Below are positions 36,479 through 49,334 of a stretch of 64,000 nt of DNA, piece after piece. The stretch comes from Octopus bimaculoides (lineage: Eukaryota). The notes beneath the pieces are model-generated. The model had not been told where the DNA came from, ran no database searches, and saw only the letters and a list, made by a program, of their open reading frames with translations. The translations under genes were made by a program, and so were the position numbers. Position 1 is the stretch's first letter, and each line of letters opens with the position of its first letter. The stretch spans positions 9,645,357-9,709,356 of the forward strand of contig NC_068993.1 of NCBI RefSeq assembly GCF_001194135.2. The letters run 5' to 3'.

Positions 36479-39400
36479 CACCTATCACCGCTTGGCAACC
36501 GGTGTTGGTGTGTTTACGTCCCCCGTACCTTAGCAGTTTGGCAAAAGAGACTGATAGAATAAGTACTAAGCTTAAAAAAATAAATTCTGGTGTTGATTTG
36601 TTCGACTAAAATCCTTCAAGGGCAATGCTTCAGTATGGCCACAGTCAAATTACTGAAACATGTAAAAGAATATGCACGCACACACACACCTATGCACACA
36701 TGCGCATATAGATATGCACGTATTAATTGCAATCTCTGTTTATAAATATATTTCATTGTAGGAGCAGAAATTGAAACGTGAAGAGGAGATTCAGGCATTG
36801 AACGAAGAATTAAATGACCATCGTTCCAAGGCAGAACAAACTGATATAGAAATGAAGAAGTTTGTTGCTGGGAAGCAGAAAATGATGGAGGAAATTGAGT
36901 TAACCAAGAGGAAAAATGCCGAGAAAGAAGAAAAATACCACGTGAAGAAAAGAACACTTGATTTACTCCCAGATGCTGAAAACAACATAAAAATGTTGAA
37001 GGTAGGACTGCTAGAGTTACCTCCCTTGATTTATCTTTTCACTTCGTAGTAAATAAATAAATAAATAAATAAATAAAACAAATGAAAACAAGAAAATTGT
37101 GGAATGCAGACTATCATATAACTTGTTTTATTTTGACACATGCCCATTGCGTGTTCCTACTTTCTGGTTCCTACTCAAAACTGTTTACAGATCACAACCA
37201 TCTCACGAACCTGCGTTCATGAGGTGAGTTTTGCACTCCAATGGTTGTGAAAAAAAAAAACATTGCTGTGTCTTAAGGTGTATATTTGTAAACACAGTAG
37301 CATAACTAGGATGCGGTTAGGGGTAAGGAGGCAGTCTGCTCTGAGCAACGCTTTTATTGGGGTGGCAACTGCCGTATAAGCCTACATAGCAGAGGTTTCC
37401 AATCTTTTTAATATCCAGGCCAGATCCAAAACCTGGATTCTTTTTAGGGAGCCACACCAAAACAAGTAAAACACATGAATTATTGTTTATATTTATAGAG
37501 GGAAGACTATCAGGGGCCACCAGAAAGATTCTCGAGTGTCTCACAATTTTAGGAGCCCCGGTTGAGAGCTGCTGCTGTGTAGACCTGGGGGTTGGGTCAG
37601 CAAACTCAGTGGCTACCCCAGGTGGCATATACTCTAGTTACACCACTATCTGGCCACGTTATTGAAACAATTTGCATTTTTCTTATCTGTTTTATATTTT
37701 TGTCCCACTTATATACAAAAGACATGTGGCCTGGTGGTTTGAGTGTTGCACTCCTGATCATAAGATTGTGGTTTCGGTTTCTGGACTGGGTGTTGTGTTG
37801 TGTTCTTGTGAAAAACACTCCATTTCATGTTGCTCCGGCCATCTCAGCTGTAAATGAGTTTTGGAAATATCTAGGAAGTTAACCCTGCAATGACCTGGCG
37901 TTTTGTTCATTGGACTATTGTAATCTCAGTCACTTATACACCATGGAAATCAGGCTAATCTCTGACCTTACAAGTCCTAGGGTTGACAATTGCAAGTCCC
38001 ACTGGGCCCCTATCAGTTATGATGAGGGTTCCAGTTTTTTTGTTCAATGTTTGTTGGCCTAAGTCTGCAGTAGATAACACTTACTTAACGTGCCATATAT
38101 TGAGACAGTATTTTGAGAACATCAGGTTACAAAATAAACTCTTCATCCACACAGCCATACCTGCACCTATGTAGTATTTTTTAAAATAACTTTTTTTTCC
38201 CAATTATTGAAAATTATTTACGGTGATTGTAAATTAATTAATTAATTTGTTTATTTTCAAATCCAGTCAGTCGTTGACAACAGTGCTCAAAGATTGGTTA
38301 GCTTGGCCACCCAATGGGAGTCACACAGAGTACCACTTATCGAAGAGTACCGCACACTGAAAGAACTCAGTTCTTTGAGAGAGGTAAGGATGTTTATGTC
38401 AGTTATTAGACTGCGGCCATGCTGGGGCATTGCTTTTAAGGGTTCTAATCCTTCATATTGGCATGTTTTGCAGTCTGGTACTTATTTAGCTGATCCCTGT
38501 TTATCAAATGTCTACATTCTTTTGATGCTCAGGGATACGACCTGACACTGCTTTACACAAGGATACACATACGTGTGTGTGTGTGTGTGTGTGTGTGTGC
38601 ATTCCAGAGAAAAATAACTGTGATGAGTTGCGTCCCTTCCTGACAATTTGTGTGTATGTATATAAATATGAATATGTATATTTATTCTATATGCACCACC
38701 ACCCCTACACACACATGAAGATAACCTTTGCAAAATATAATCTCTAGATATTGGTTGACTACTGGATTAAATCATTTGCCAAATAAATACAATCCTGAAA
38801 TTGGTTGACTTTATATTTTTATGCTAAATTTTTCAGAATTCTTTGCTGAGAATTTATATAAACTATGCATCTTTTATAAAGCTAATCAATATATTTAATG
38901 GTTTATATTAAATGCACATTAGTACTTTCCTGTGTGTTTCTTGGGTCTGAGTTCAGACCCACCTGGAATCAACTTTGTCTTCAGTTTTGTTTCTCAGTGT
39001 TGATAAATTAAATACCAGTAATATACTGGTCTCTATGCTATTAACTATATCCATCCTCTACATTAGCAATATCATTTTTGCATAGACCAAATGTTATAAT
39101 TTGGTATAAACATGTGCTAGAGCCATGTAAAAAGCACCCAGGACATTCTGTAAAGTGGTTGACACTAGAAAGGACATCCATTTGCAGAAACCATGCCAAA
39201 GTAGACATTAGAGCCATGTACAGTCTTCTGGCATGCCAGTATGGGAAAGGGACATTAAATGGTTATGATGGCAGTGATGGTGATAATGTAAGTTAAAAAA
39301 GTTTGTAAAAAATGAAAAAATATTATTTTATGAATATTTAATTGGTTCTTAAAGATAATTTATTTTGTTGTTGGAAGGTAGGAAGACGAATAATTATTTA

Positions 39401-42400
39401 AACTAAAACAATGTTTTTCATCACTGCACCATTCTTTCTTTTGATTTGGTAGTTTGAAGCTGAAAAGAAATTAGAAGAAATAAAGACATTCCGAGAAAAG
39501 ATGAAGGAGATAGCTGCTGAAACCCGGTCAAAAGATGAACTTTGCAAACAATTGGTGAGAGAACTTCTCATATATAACATGTTTAGATATGTGTGTGTGT
39601 AAGAATTCTTATGTAAGAATAATTTTGAGGATCTGATCCAAGATTTTGCAATTAAAAAAAGTAGGAGAAAACAAATATAAATAAAGTAGAAATATACAAA
39701 AATAAACAGTTTCTTTCCATTTTACTGTTAGATTTGTTTCATTTTGAAAATTAAAAATTTATTTATTTTATAGTTTATTATTGTTGATATTTTGAATAAC
39801 ATAGATATGAGGGCACCGAAATCTTTTAGGTGCTTAGGGTCTTTATTATAGGTCTTAACCCTTTCATTACCGACCCGGCTGAAACCAGCTCTGGCTCTGA
39901 GTACAAATGTCTTGTTTTCATAAGTTTTGAATTAAAATCGTCCACCAAACCTTAGTCACAATTTATGTTCCTAACACTAGCTGAATGATAACTGAGTTAT
40001 ATTTAAAGTAATTGAAAGAAACACAGAGCATCTCAAGATAAATACAGTAACGTAAAAGTTAATCTGACTCTGATGGCTATCTACTAGTCTTCCATAAAAA
40101 AAAAATCTTGCTCCGGTCTGTGCATGTAAGTGCAGATAAATGATCAACCTTGATTGATGGAAACCTCAGAATAGTTATTATAATCAAATACTTAAAACTA
40201 TTATTTCTGTTTTGCTTCTGTACTCAATTAATCAGTCAGTGTTTATTCATCTCATGAAGATGTAATGATTGAATCAGTAGCTTAACTCTTTCTAAAACAA
40301 CCTTTCCATTACCTGTTGCCCTCAGGACTGCACCTTTACAAGTTTTACTGCTTGCTTATCTAGGACAGTGGCTCTCAACTATTTTTCATCTATGATCCCT
40401 TTTGATTCCAATTCTACTCTACTGGATACCCTCATAGCCATCTGATGTTTAAAATATCCTATTTTTATTATTAACTATAAGGAATTTTATTAAAAGCATG
40501 TTAGAATATTTTGTGTATTTTAGAAGTATAATCAATTTATTTCACATAATTTTTAACAACAAAATCTTATACAGATCCCCCAAGGGCTATATGGACACCA
40601 GTTGAGAACTACTGATCTAGGGTATCAGCTTACAACTGTGGGCGAACAAAAACACCTATTAACTGTACTATGCTCCTGCTGTTTGTCGTCCTACAATAGT
40701 AATCTTCTAAAATTTTACAGCTACTAAAAGCGTATCTATGAAATTTAGTATTTAAAATACTTTTGAAATTATATTTCAACTATAGACAGAATTCATTGTC
40801 AATGATGGGATATAAACTATTGTTGTTTTTTGTTGGTTGACTGACATGACATGGTATCGACATGGTCAGCCGCAAAACTGCTAATTTTGAAGTAAAAGAA
40901 GAAAATTATTGTTGAAGAAATCTTTAGATTTTTAAATTTTAAGTTTCTACTGACAGTTGTAAATTGGCAAGATTAAATTAATTTAATGACTTTTATTCCC
41001 CAAATTAAAGTTTTTATGGTTGGGGTTTTGGTGTTTAAGAATTTCCTTATAGTGAGTGTTTTTGGTATAAGTTCTCAATGAATGGGTACTTTTGTCTTTT
41101 GTCTTTTACTGGCTTCGGTCATTGAACTGTGGATTGGAAATAACATTACTGTGTGTAGTTTGTCTAATTTGGAATTTCTTCCCTGCCAAAATACCCGAAT
41201 TTCATTACTTTCTACATCATTGCTCTCAATTACTGTAATTTCTGATTGTTTTATTTGGCATGGTTTTGTGTAGGTCAATGAATATGAGAAAATGACAAAA
41301 GATGTCAACCGGTCTTCTTACACACGCCGTATTATTGAGATTGTCTCAAATATCAAAAAGCAAAATGCTGAAATCGATAAAGTAAGTATTTCAGACTTAA
41401 TCATTCTTCTTAATCCTCCTCCTCCTCCTCCTCCTCCTCCTCATCATCATCATCATCATCACCACCACCACCACCACCACCACCATCATCTTTACCACAG
41501 CCACCACCATCATCATTACCACAACCCCTGACACCACTACCACCACCACCACCACTTAACCACATGACTATATTTTTCCCTATCTATTTCTCCTTCCTTC
41601 CTTCCTTTCTTTTCTTTCTTTCTGTCTCAATTTGACTCTCTAGCTGTTATTTTGTGTATTTATCTAATTTTTTCCCCTCTTTCTTCCAGGTTCTCATAGA
41701 TACTAAAGCTTTGCAGAAAGAAATCAACTTCCTCACTGGTAAACTTGATCGTACCTTCACTGTAACCGATGAACTTGTCTTCAAGGTAAGACCCACATTA
41801 GACGTACATGTCTCCATATTATCATCATATTCAATATTAATCCATGTGATCCAGAGAAGGAGCTATTATCTGATTGTTTTATCAATACTATGTAGCCACC
41901 AAGTGACACATCATTATCATCATCATCATCATAACCATCGTCAATAGGGAGATGTTGAAGGAGAGAAAGTGGAGGGGAAGGAGGAGTGTTTTTAAAAATT
42001 GTGGATGGGGAAGTTGTGTGGGTATGTACCTGACAAAAAGCCAAAAGACTTACAGCTTGCATCTGGTCACTGACCCTGAACCTTTTGTCTCCAATCAAAA
42101 CACTTAAATCTCAGCAACCCTCTTCTTCTGCTTCATCCCCCTCTTCCTCTGCCCCATCCCCTCTTTTTTTGCTTCATCCCCTCTTCTTCCTCCCAACCAT
42201 ATATTTGGGTCACAAGTTTCTTAACCACATGGCCATATCCATGCCTTTTTCCCCAGGAGAAAAAAAAGTGTTTTTATTTGTACTTAAATTTTTAATTAAA
42301 ATTTTTTTTCTATTTTCGCTAATTGTTCCTCAATTCTTCTTTACAGGATGCGAAAAAGGACGAGTCAGTGAGAAAATCTTACAAACATTTGGCTGCTTTA

Positions 42401-43719
42401 CATGAGGTAAGTTGATAACAATTAGACAGCATTGTTCATGTAAATCTACTTCCCCTATTTAAACCCTTTCTTTACCTTTTTTTTACATGTTTATGAGTGG
42501 TTTCTAGAATTGTGGAAATTCATTAGGCCCCTTTTGATTTTGCTGAAGGAGAGTCAGATTTGCACCCATTTCCAAGCAAGTTGATGTTCCCCCCCCCCAA
42601 TGTCCAGACACATTTTTGCAAAATATTTGAAATGAATGACATTCATTTATAACACTCACACAATGTCAAAACGAGAAGACAACAACATACACACATATAT
42701 ACATTTACATACATTCATACATACACACACACACACACACGACAGGCTTCTTTTAGTTTCCATCTACCAAACCTACTCACAAGGCTTTGATTGGCCCAGG
42801 GCTATAATAGAAAACGCTTCTTCAAGGTACCGCACAGTAGGACTGAAACCAAAACCATGTGGTTAGAAGTAAACCACTTAAACACACAACCAATCCTGCA
42901 CCTTATATTTTTATTAATCAATTTGATCTTGAAAGGATAAAAGGCAAAATGGACCTCAGCAGGATTTGAACCCAGACCACAAAGACTCAGAACAAATACT
43001 ACCTGGCATTCTATGAGACACTCTAAAGACTCTACCAATTTGCTACCATTACTTCTTTTTTCTTTTCTAAAATTACTGATTACTTATCTATTTATCTAAT
43101 CTCCCAGTCTGTCTCTGTCTGACTGAAAGTAAATGGTGGTTTACCTTTATCCTGTAAAATATGATGAATGTTATGAATAAATGAAGGTAAAACATTTGAA
43201 CTTTAATCAAGGATACAAGTTCATTTCTTATCCACATTTCTCAAATTTCTTTTTCCTATTTTTATTTGTTTTTGTGTACCTGCTTATATAGATATGTGAG
43301 TGTGTGTGTATATTTCACCTTTTTTTTTATCAGTCGTTAGACTGTGGCCATGCTGGGGCATCACTTTGAAGAATGTTTAGTTGAATGAATTGGTGATTTT
43401 GTGAACAATGGTTAATTGTAGACACTGTAAGGTGTTGTCTTGAGAAATAGAATAATGACAACATTGATAATGAAACCTTGGAAACATCCTTGACAATGAG
43501 GAAACAGAGAGAGAGAGAGAGAGAGATGTTTATTCATAACCACACTGAGTTTGATGTATATCATCATCATCATCATCGTTTAACGTCCGCTTTCCATGCT
43601 AGCATGGGTTGGACGATTTGACTGAGGACTGGTGAAACCGGATGGCAACACCAGGCTCCAATCTAATTTGGCAGAGTTTCTACAGCTGGATGCCCTTCCC
43701 AACGCCAACCACTCAGAGA

Positions 43720-43764
<45 letters not shown>

Positions 43765-43932
43765 ATATANNNNNNNNNNNNNNNNNNNNNNNNNNNNNNN
43801 NNNNNNNNNNNNNNNNNNNNNNNNNNNNNNNNNNNNNNNNNNNNNNNNNNNNNNNNNNNNNNNNNNNNNNNNNNNNNNNNNNNNNNNNNNNNNNNNNNNN
43901 NNNNNNNNNNNNNNNNNNNGAAGCTCGTCGTA

Positions 43933-43963
<31 letters not shown>

Positions 43964-45338
43964 GTATCTGTGTTTGTGTGTCTGTGTTTGTCCCCTCACC
44001 ATCGCTTGACAACTGATGCTGGTGTGTTTACATCCCCGTAACTTAGTGGTTCTGCAAAAAGAGACCGATAGAATAAGTACTAGGCTTACAAAGAATAAGT
44101 CCTGGGGTCGATTTGCTCGACTAAAGGCGGTGCACCAGCATGGCCGCAGTCAAATGACTGAAAAATTAAATAAAAGAATAAATATATATATGTATGTATT
44201 AATATGTGTATATTGATTTTGTTTCAGAATTGTGAAGCACTAATTACAACCATACAAGATACAGGTGTAATAATGCGAGAAATTCGAGATTTAGAAGACC
44301 AAGTAAGTAACTAACGCCTTGCATTTCTTTTGTGTTGTTTATTTGTTCCAGGTGATAGATATGCTTTAGAATGAATTAGCGGAGATCTTACAGCATTGCT
44401 TACAACAGTGCTTCTCAAACTAACTGATGTGGCGTACTGGCAGTTTTTTCCTTTCCAATGTGCCAGGGACCGGTAATGTTTCTTCATCATCATCATCATC
44501 ATCATCGTTTAACGTCCGCTTTCCATGCTAGCATGGGTTGGACGATTTGACTGAGGACTGTTTGACCAGGAGGCGACACCAGGCTCCAATCTGATTTNNN
44601 NNNNNNNAGCATGGGTTGGACGATTTGACTGAGGACTGTTTGACCAGGAGGCGACACCAGGCTCCAATCTGATTTGGCAGAGTTTCTACAGCTGGATGCC
44701 CTTCCTAACGCTAACCACTCCAAGAGTGTAGTGGGTGCTTTTACGTGCCACCGGCACGAGAGCCAGTCAGGCGGAACTGGCGACGGCCACACTCAAAACG
44801 GTGTGTTTTACATGCCACCTGCATAGGGGCCAGCCCATCGGCTCTGGCAGCGATCTTGCTCGAATGTCTTTTCACGTGCCACTGGCACAAGTGCCAGGAA
44901 GGCGACGAACGATCTTGCACGAATGTCTTTTCACGTGCCACTGGCACAAGTGCTAGTTTCTTAGTAATATTAATTTATACTGGAAACAATATATATAATG
45001 AATATATTAAAAGTTGACAATTTTTATCTTGTATTTATTTTGTAAACAAATGATACAATATTACATAAGCATTTTAGAATGTTTCTTTCTTTTCTGGAAA
45101 CTCTCTGTGTACCGGCAGCTGATGGCTTGTGGACCGGTACCGGTCCGTGGGCCACCACTTTGAGTAACACTGGCTTACAACTCTGCTGATATGGAGCAGA
45201 TGAACGGTTACCTCTCTCCACCACCCTCATCAAAAAATGATCTAATGATGACAGATAACATACATGCACTCATTCCACAAAGTGATCAGATCAATTCAGT
45301 GGAAGTTACAATTTTTGTTTGTCACCTTTGCTTTAAAC

Positions 45339-45369
<31 letters not shown>

Positions 45370-45601
45370 TCGCCATGATAGATCGCTAGCCACTACACAT
45401 TCTTTATTTTCTGTTCTTGTTTCTTTCTGTGTTCCTTTCTGTGGAAGAGCGTAGGCTCAAAACATTAAAGACTTTCTCACGTCCCGAGCGTTATACTAAT
45501 ACATCTGTTTGNNNNNNNNNNNNNNNNNNNNNNNNNNNNNNATATATATATATATATATATAGCATGGAAAGTGGACGTTAAACGACGACGATGATGATG
45601 A

Positions 45602-45642
<41 letters not shown>

Positions 45643-47156
45643 GACACATCTACATATAGTATATTTTGTGTGTACAAATAGATATATGACTGCTACTGTT
45701 TAAAATTCCATGTAGATACCATATTCCTGTCTGCTTCCAGTATAATGGTTAAGTAGCTCCTGTACATTACTAATTATGAAATACGGAGCATATGTAGGAG
45801 AAATTAAGATAACACAATTTTATATTATTCTTCACTGTTATGATTGCTCGGAGCCTTGCATTGGATGTTCTAATTGTGTGTGGGTGCTTAGCCAGAATGG
45901 GTCATCAGGGAACACTTTATTGCATTAAGTTATGGAACTTCTCAGATATCTATATATATATATATATGTGTGTGTGTATACAAGAGGTTACAGAAGAAGA
46001 GTCTCTGAAGAGGTTACACACATTTCCATACAAATGCAAGTTAACTTGAGAGGATATATTTCTGTAGTTGCTCTTCTTGATCAGTATGGCAGCCAAATAT
46101 CCTTTGAGAAAAGCTCTATACTTTATTCTTTTACTAGTTTTAATCATTTAACAGTGACCATACTGGGGGTACCACCTTCAGTGGTATAACCATCTATGTC
46201 TGCTCTCCTACTTGAGTGGTCTGATTTACTTTCATCGTCTTTAGAAGGCCAGAAAGCTGTGTTACCTTTGGTGGAATTTGAACACAGGGCATAAACCACT
46301 GTAAGTAAAGTGACGATGTATTATTTTTTTTGCCTAAGTAGCTCTCAACCGATTCTGCATTCCACCACACTATTGCTGTCTGCAATCCACCACTCCACTG
46401 AAAACATGACCTCCATATATGGAAAGCCAATTGAATAGATCATCAAATCCATTACTTTGTATTATTGATCAACTTATCTCAGTCAACAACCTATTATCTT
46501 GCCTTATCAACAACAACATCATTAGTAATATTTAAAGCAATATCATGTTGGTGCGTGGATCTAAAAGGTTACTACCAATTTAATAATTAAAACAATGGCT
46601 GTACGAAAAGAAGTTTGCTTCCCAACCAAGTGGTCTTGGGTTCAGTCCCACTGCGTGGTACCTTGGGCAAGTGTATTCTACTATAGCCTCGGGCCAACCA
46701 AAGCTTTGTGAGGGGATTTGGTGGATGTACGCTGAAAGAAGCCTATTGTGTGTGTGTGTATATACGTGTGTATGTGTGTGTACATGTATATAAACAAACT
46801 TGTGCGTATATTATATACATGTCTATCCGAACGTGATCAATGCCAGGCTCACCTGACTAGCTTCTGTGCTGGTGGCATGTAAAAAACACCCACTACACTC
46901 TCGGAGTGGTTGGTCTTAGGAAGGGCATCCAGCTGTAGAAACCTTGCCAGATCAGATTGGAGCCTGGTGCAGCCGCTTGCTCTCCAGACCTCGGTCAAAC
47001 CATCCAATCCATGCCAGCATGGAAAGCAGACGTTAAACAATGATGATGATGATGATATATGTATGTGCATATATGTGTGTGTGTGTGTACATATATATAA
47101 ACAAACATGCATTCTGCATATGTTATATACATATATATATATATATATATGCATAT

Positions 47157-47213
<57 letters not shown>

Positions 47214-47408
47214 ATATGAAAGAGAACTCTCTCATATCAGCTCTGATGATGGGATATCTTTTATATCCCTGAAACAGTTGTAAGACTACCTTTCTCTTTA
47301 TAAAATGTCCTAGAAATTTCACACTGCTTTGGCTTTACTATTTTACTTGTTTCAGTCATTTGACTGCGGCCATGCTGGAGCACCACTTTGTTGTCTCATT
47401 TTTTTAAA

Positions 47409-47440
<32 letters not shown>

Positions 47441-49301
47441 GTATACACAAGCACACACACACACACACACACATGCATTAGTTCATTAGTTACAGTATGA
47501 TTACTTTTGTATTTTATTTTAAAAGCCAAAGTAGCAACACTGTTGTTAACTCTTTAATTTGACTACTAAGAGAATTTTGTTAGTATTTGCATAGATGGTA
47601 TAGATCAGGAATTGGCTAGTACATGACTCATTATAGTATATGTGACACATTGAATTGAGCTGGGCTATTGTTAATATCACTTGAACAACTCACTTAATAA
47701 GGAAAAAAACAAAAAAAGAATTTATATATATATATATTTAATTTTTTCCTAACTTGAGTAATTTTTGAGATATCCGAGCAGATAGTTAAGCAAAGAATTG
47801 ATCAAGCAAACAAATGTGACAGAAGGAAAATAGAAGAGGCACCTAATTTTCTAGTGGTTGGATATGTTGCATCAATGGACAGACAGTTGTAGAACACAAT
47901 TCCGATTGAATACAGTGAAATTAACACTAATGACTGTGGTGTAGATAATAATTTCTTTCAAGCTTGAGCAATTTTCTCATGGCTTTCCAGTGACTTCCTT
48001 GTGTGAATAAGATTAATGATAGGTAAATAGACAGAATTAGAATACAGTGTTTTCCTGTTAAGGAAGATTGTTTTACGATTTATTTTATAGTCACAATGGT
48101 ATCGTCTGGGAACCAGTTTCAACTTGGAGTCTGTTTGTGTCTAGTAAAAGGCACTCATCCATAGAATTTCCTGTTCTACTTATATACCTGTATGTGTTCA
48201 ATCTTTTGTTAATGATATCCAGGTAATAATTGCGGCCATGGCGTTGATTTGATGATAATAATAATGGTGTTGGTAGTGATGTGATTGTTGCTTAGTCTCA
48301 GGACTGCCCTGATTTGACAGATTTCTGGTCATTCCAGCCATGACCATCTTGCCTTATTCAGGGCTATATTATCCTAGATTCTAATGTCTTCTTAGTCTTA
48401 GTTTCTCCTGTCATCTATGGTGCAGCAAATAACAGGAGATCTCTATCCAGGATGGTTACAAGCCCTATAATTAATCTGCTTCAAGGTCACTCCTTTGCTA
48501 ATCTGCCATGCCCTTGCTAACTTATCGGGTCCTTGCTAATCTGCCAGGCACTTCCTAATCTGTCAGGCTCTTGTTTATCTGCCTGTGCCCCCCCTCCTTT
48601 TGCTCCCACTTCAGATAAGGCTCTCACCAGTCTGTTTGTGGCTGAGCATTTCCTGCCATTTCTTGGTGGTGGTAGGGTATGTTTCGAGGGAAATTTGACT
48701 GCTTTTTCTATAGAAGGCCTGGTGGTTCCCTTGGTGTTTATGAGGATGCTGACGATGATGGTGGTGGTGGTGGTGGTGGCAATCAAGTTAATATGGTGCT
48801 ACAATGGTAAGCGGTAGATAAAAGTGATGATGATGATGATGATAATGGTGGTAGTAATGTTGTTGATGATAATGATGCTGATGTTTTTTATTCGTGTTTT
48901 ATAGTTCCTTGTTTTATTTATTTATTTATTTTTTATATACATTAATCATGTCTTTGCTGAAATAAATATTATGATCAGAAGTCTAATTAATTATTCGTTT
49001 CTGTCAAATAGATAACATTGTGCTTGCATGTGTGTATGTGTGCATGTGTGTATGTGTGCATGTGTGTGTGTGTCTGTGCATGTGTGCGTGCGTGCGTGTT
49101 TGTCTGTGCACGTGTGTGTGTGTGCGTGTGTATGTGTGTGTGTGTGTGTGCAGAGGTGGGAAGAGCTTGGTGTTTATCAGACCATCAGTTAATAAAATAT
49201 ACAGAACTGTGTTTGTATTTAAACCAGGACATATCTTTTAATCTTCCTTCTTTTATTCTCATAGTTCTCCTTCCACCGCCACCCCCTTCATCATCATCCC
49301 C

Positions 49302-49334
<33 letters not shown>

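Noticed and set aside
44529-44677. Exact ~70-bp tandem duplication within the family-E copy
   Set aside because: The two identical copies flank a ~10-N gap, typical of an unmerged contig overlap.
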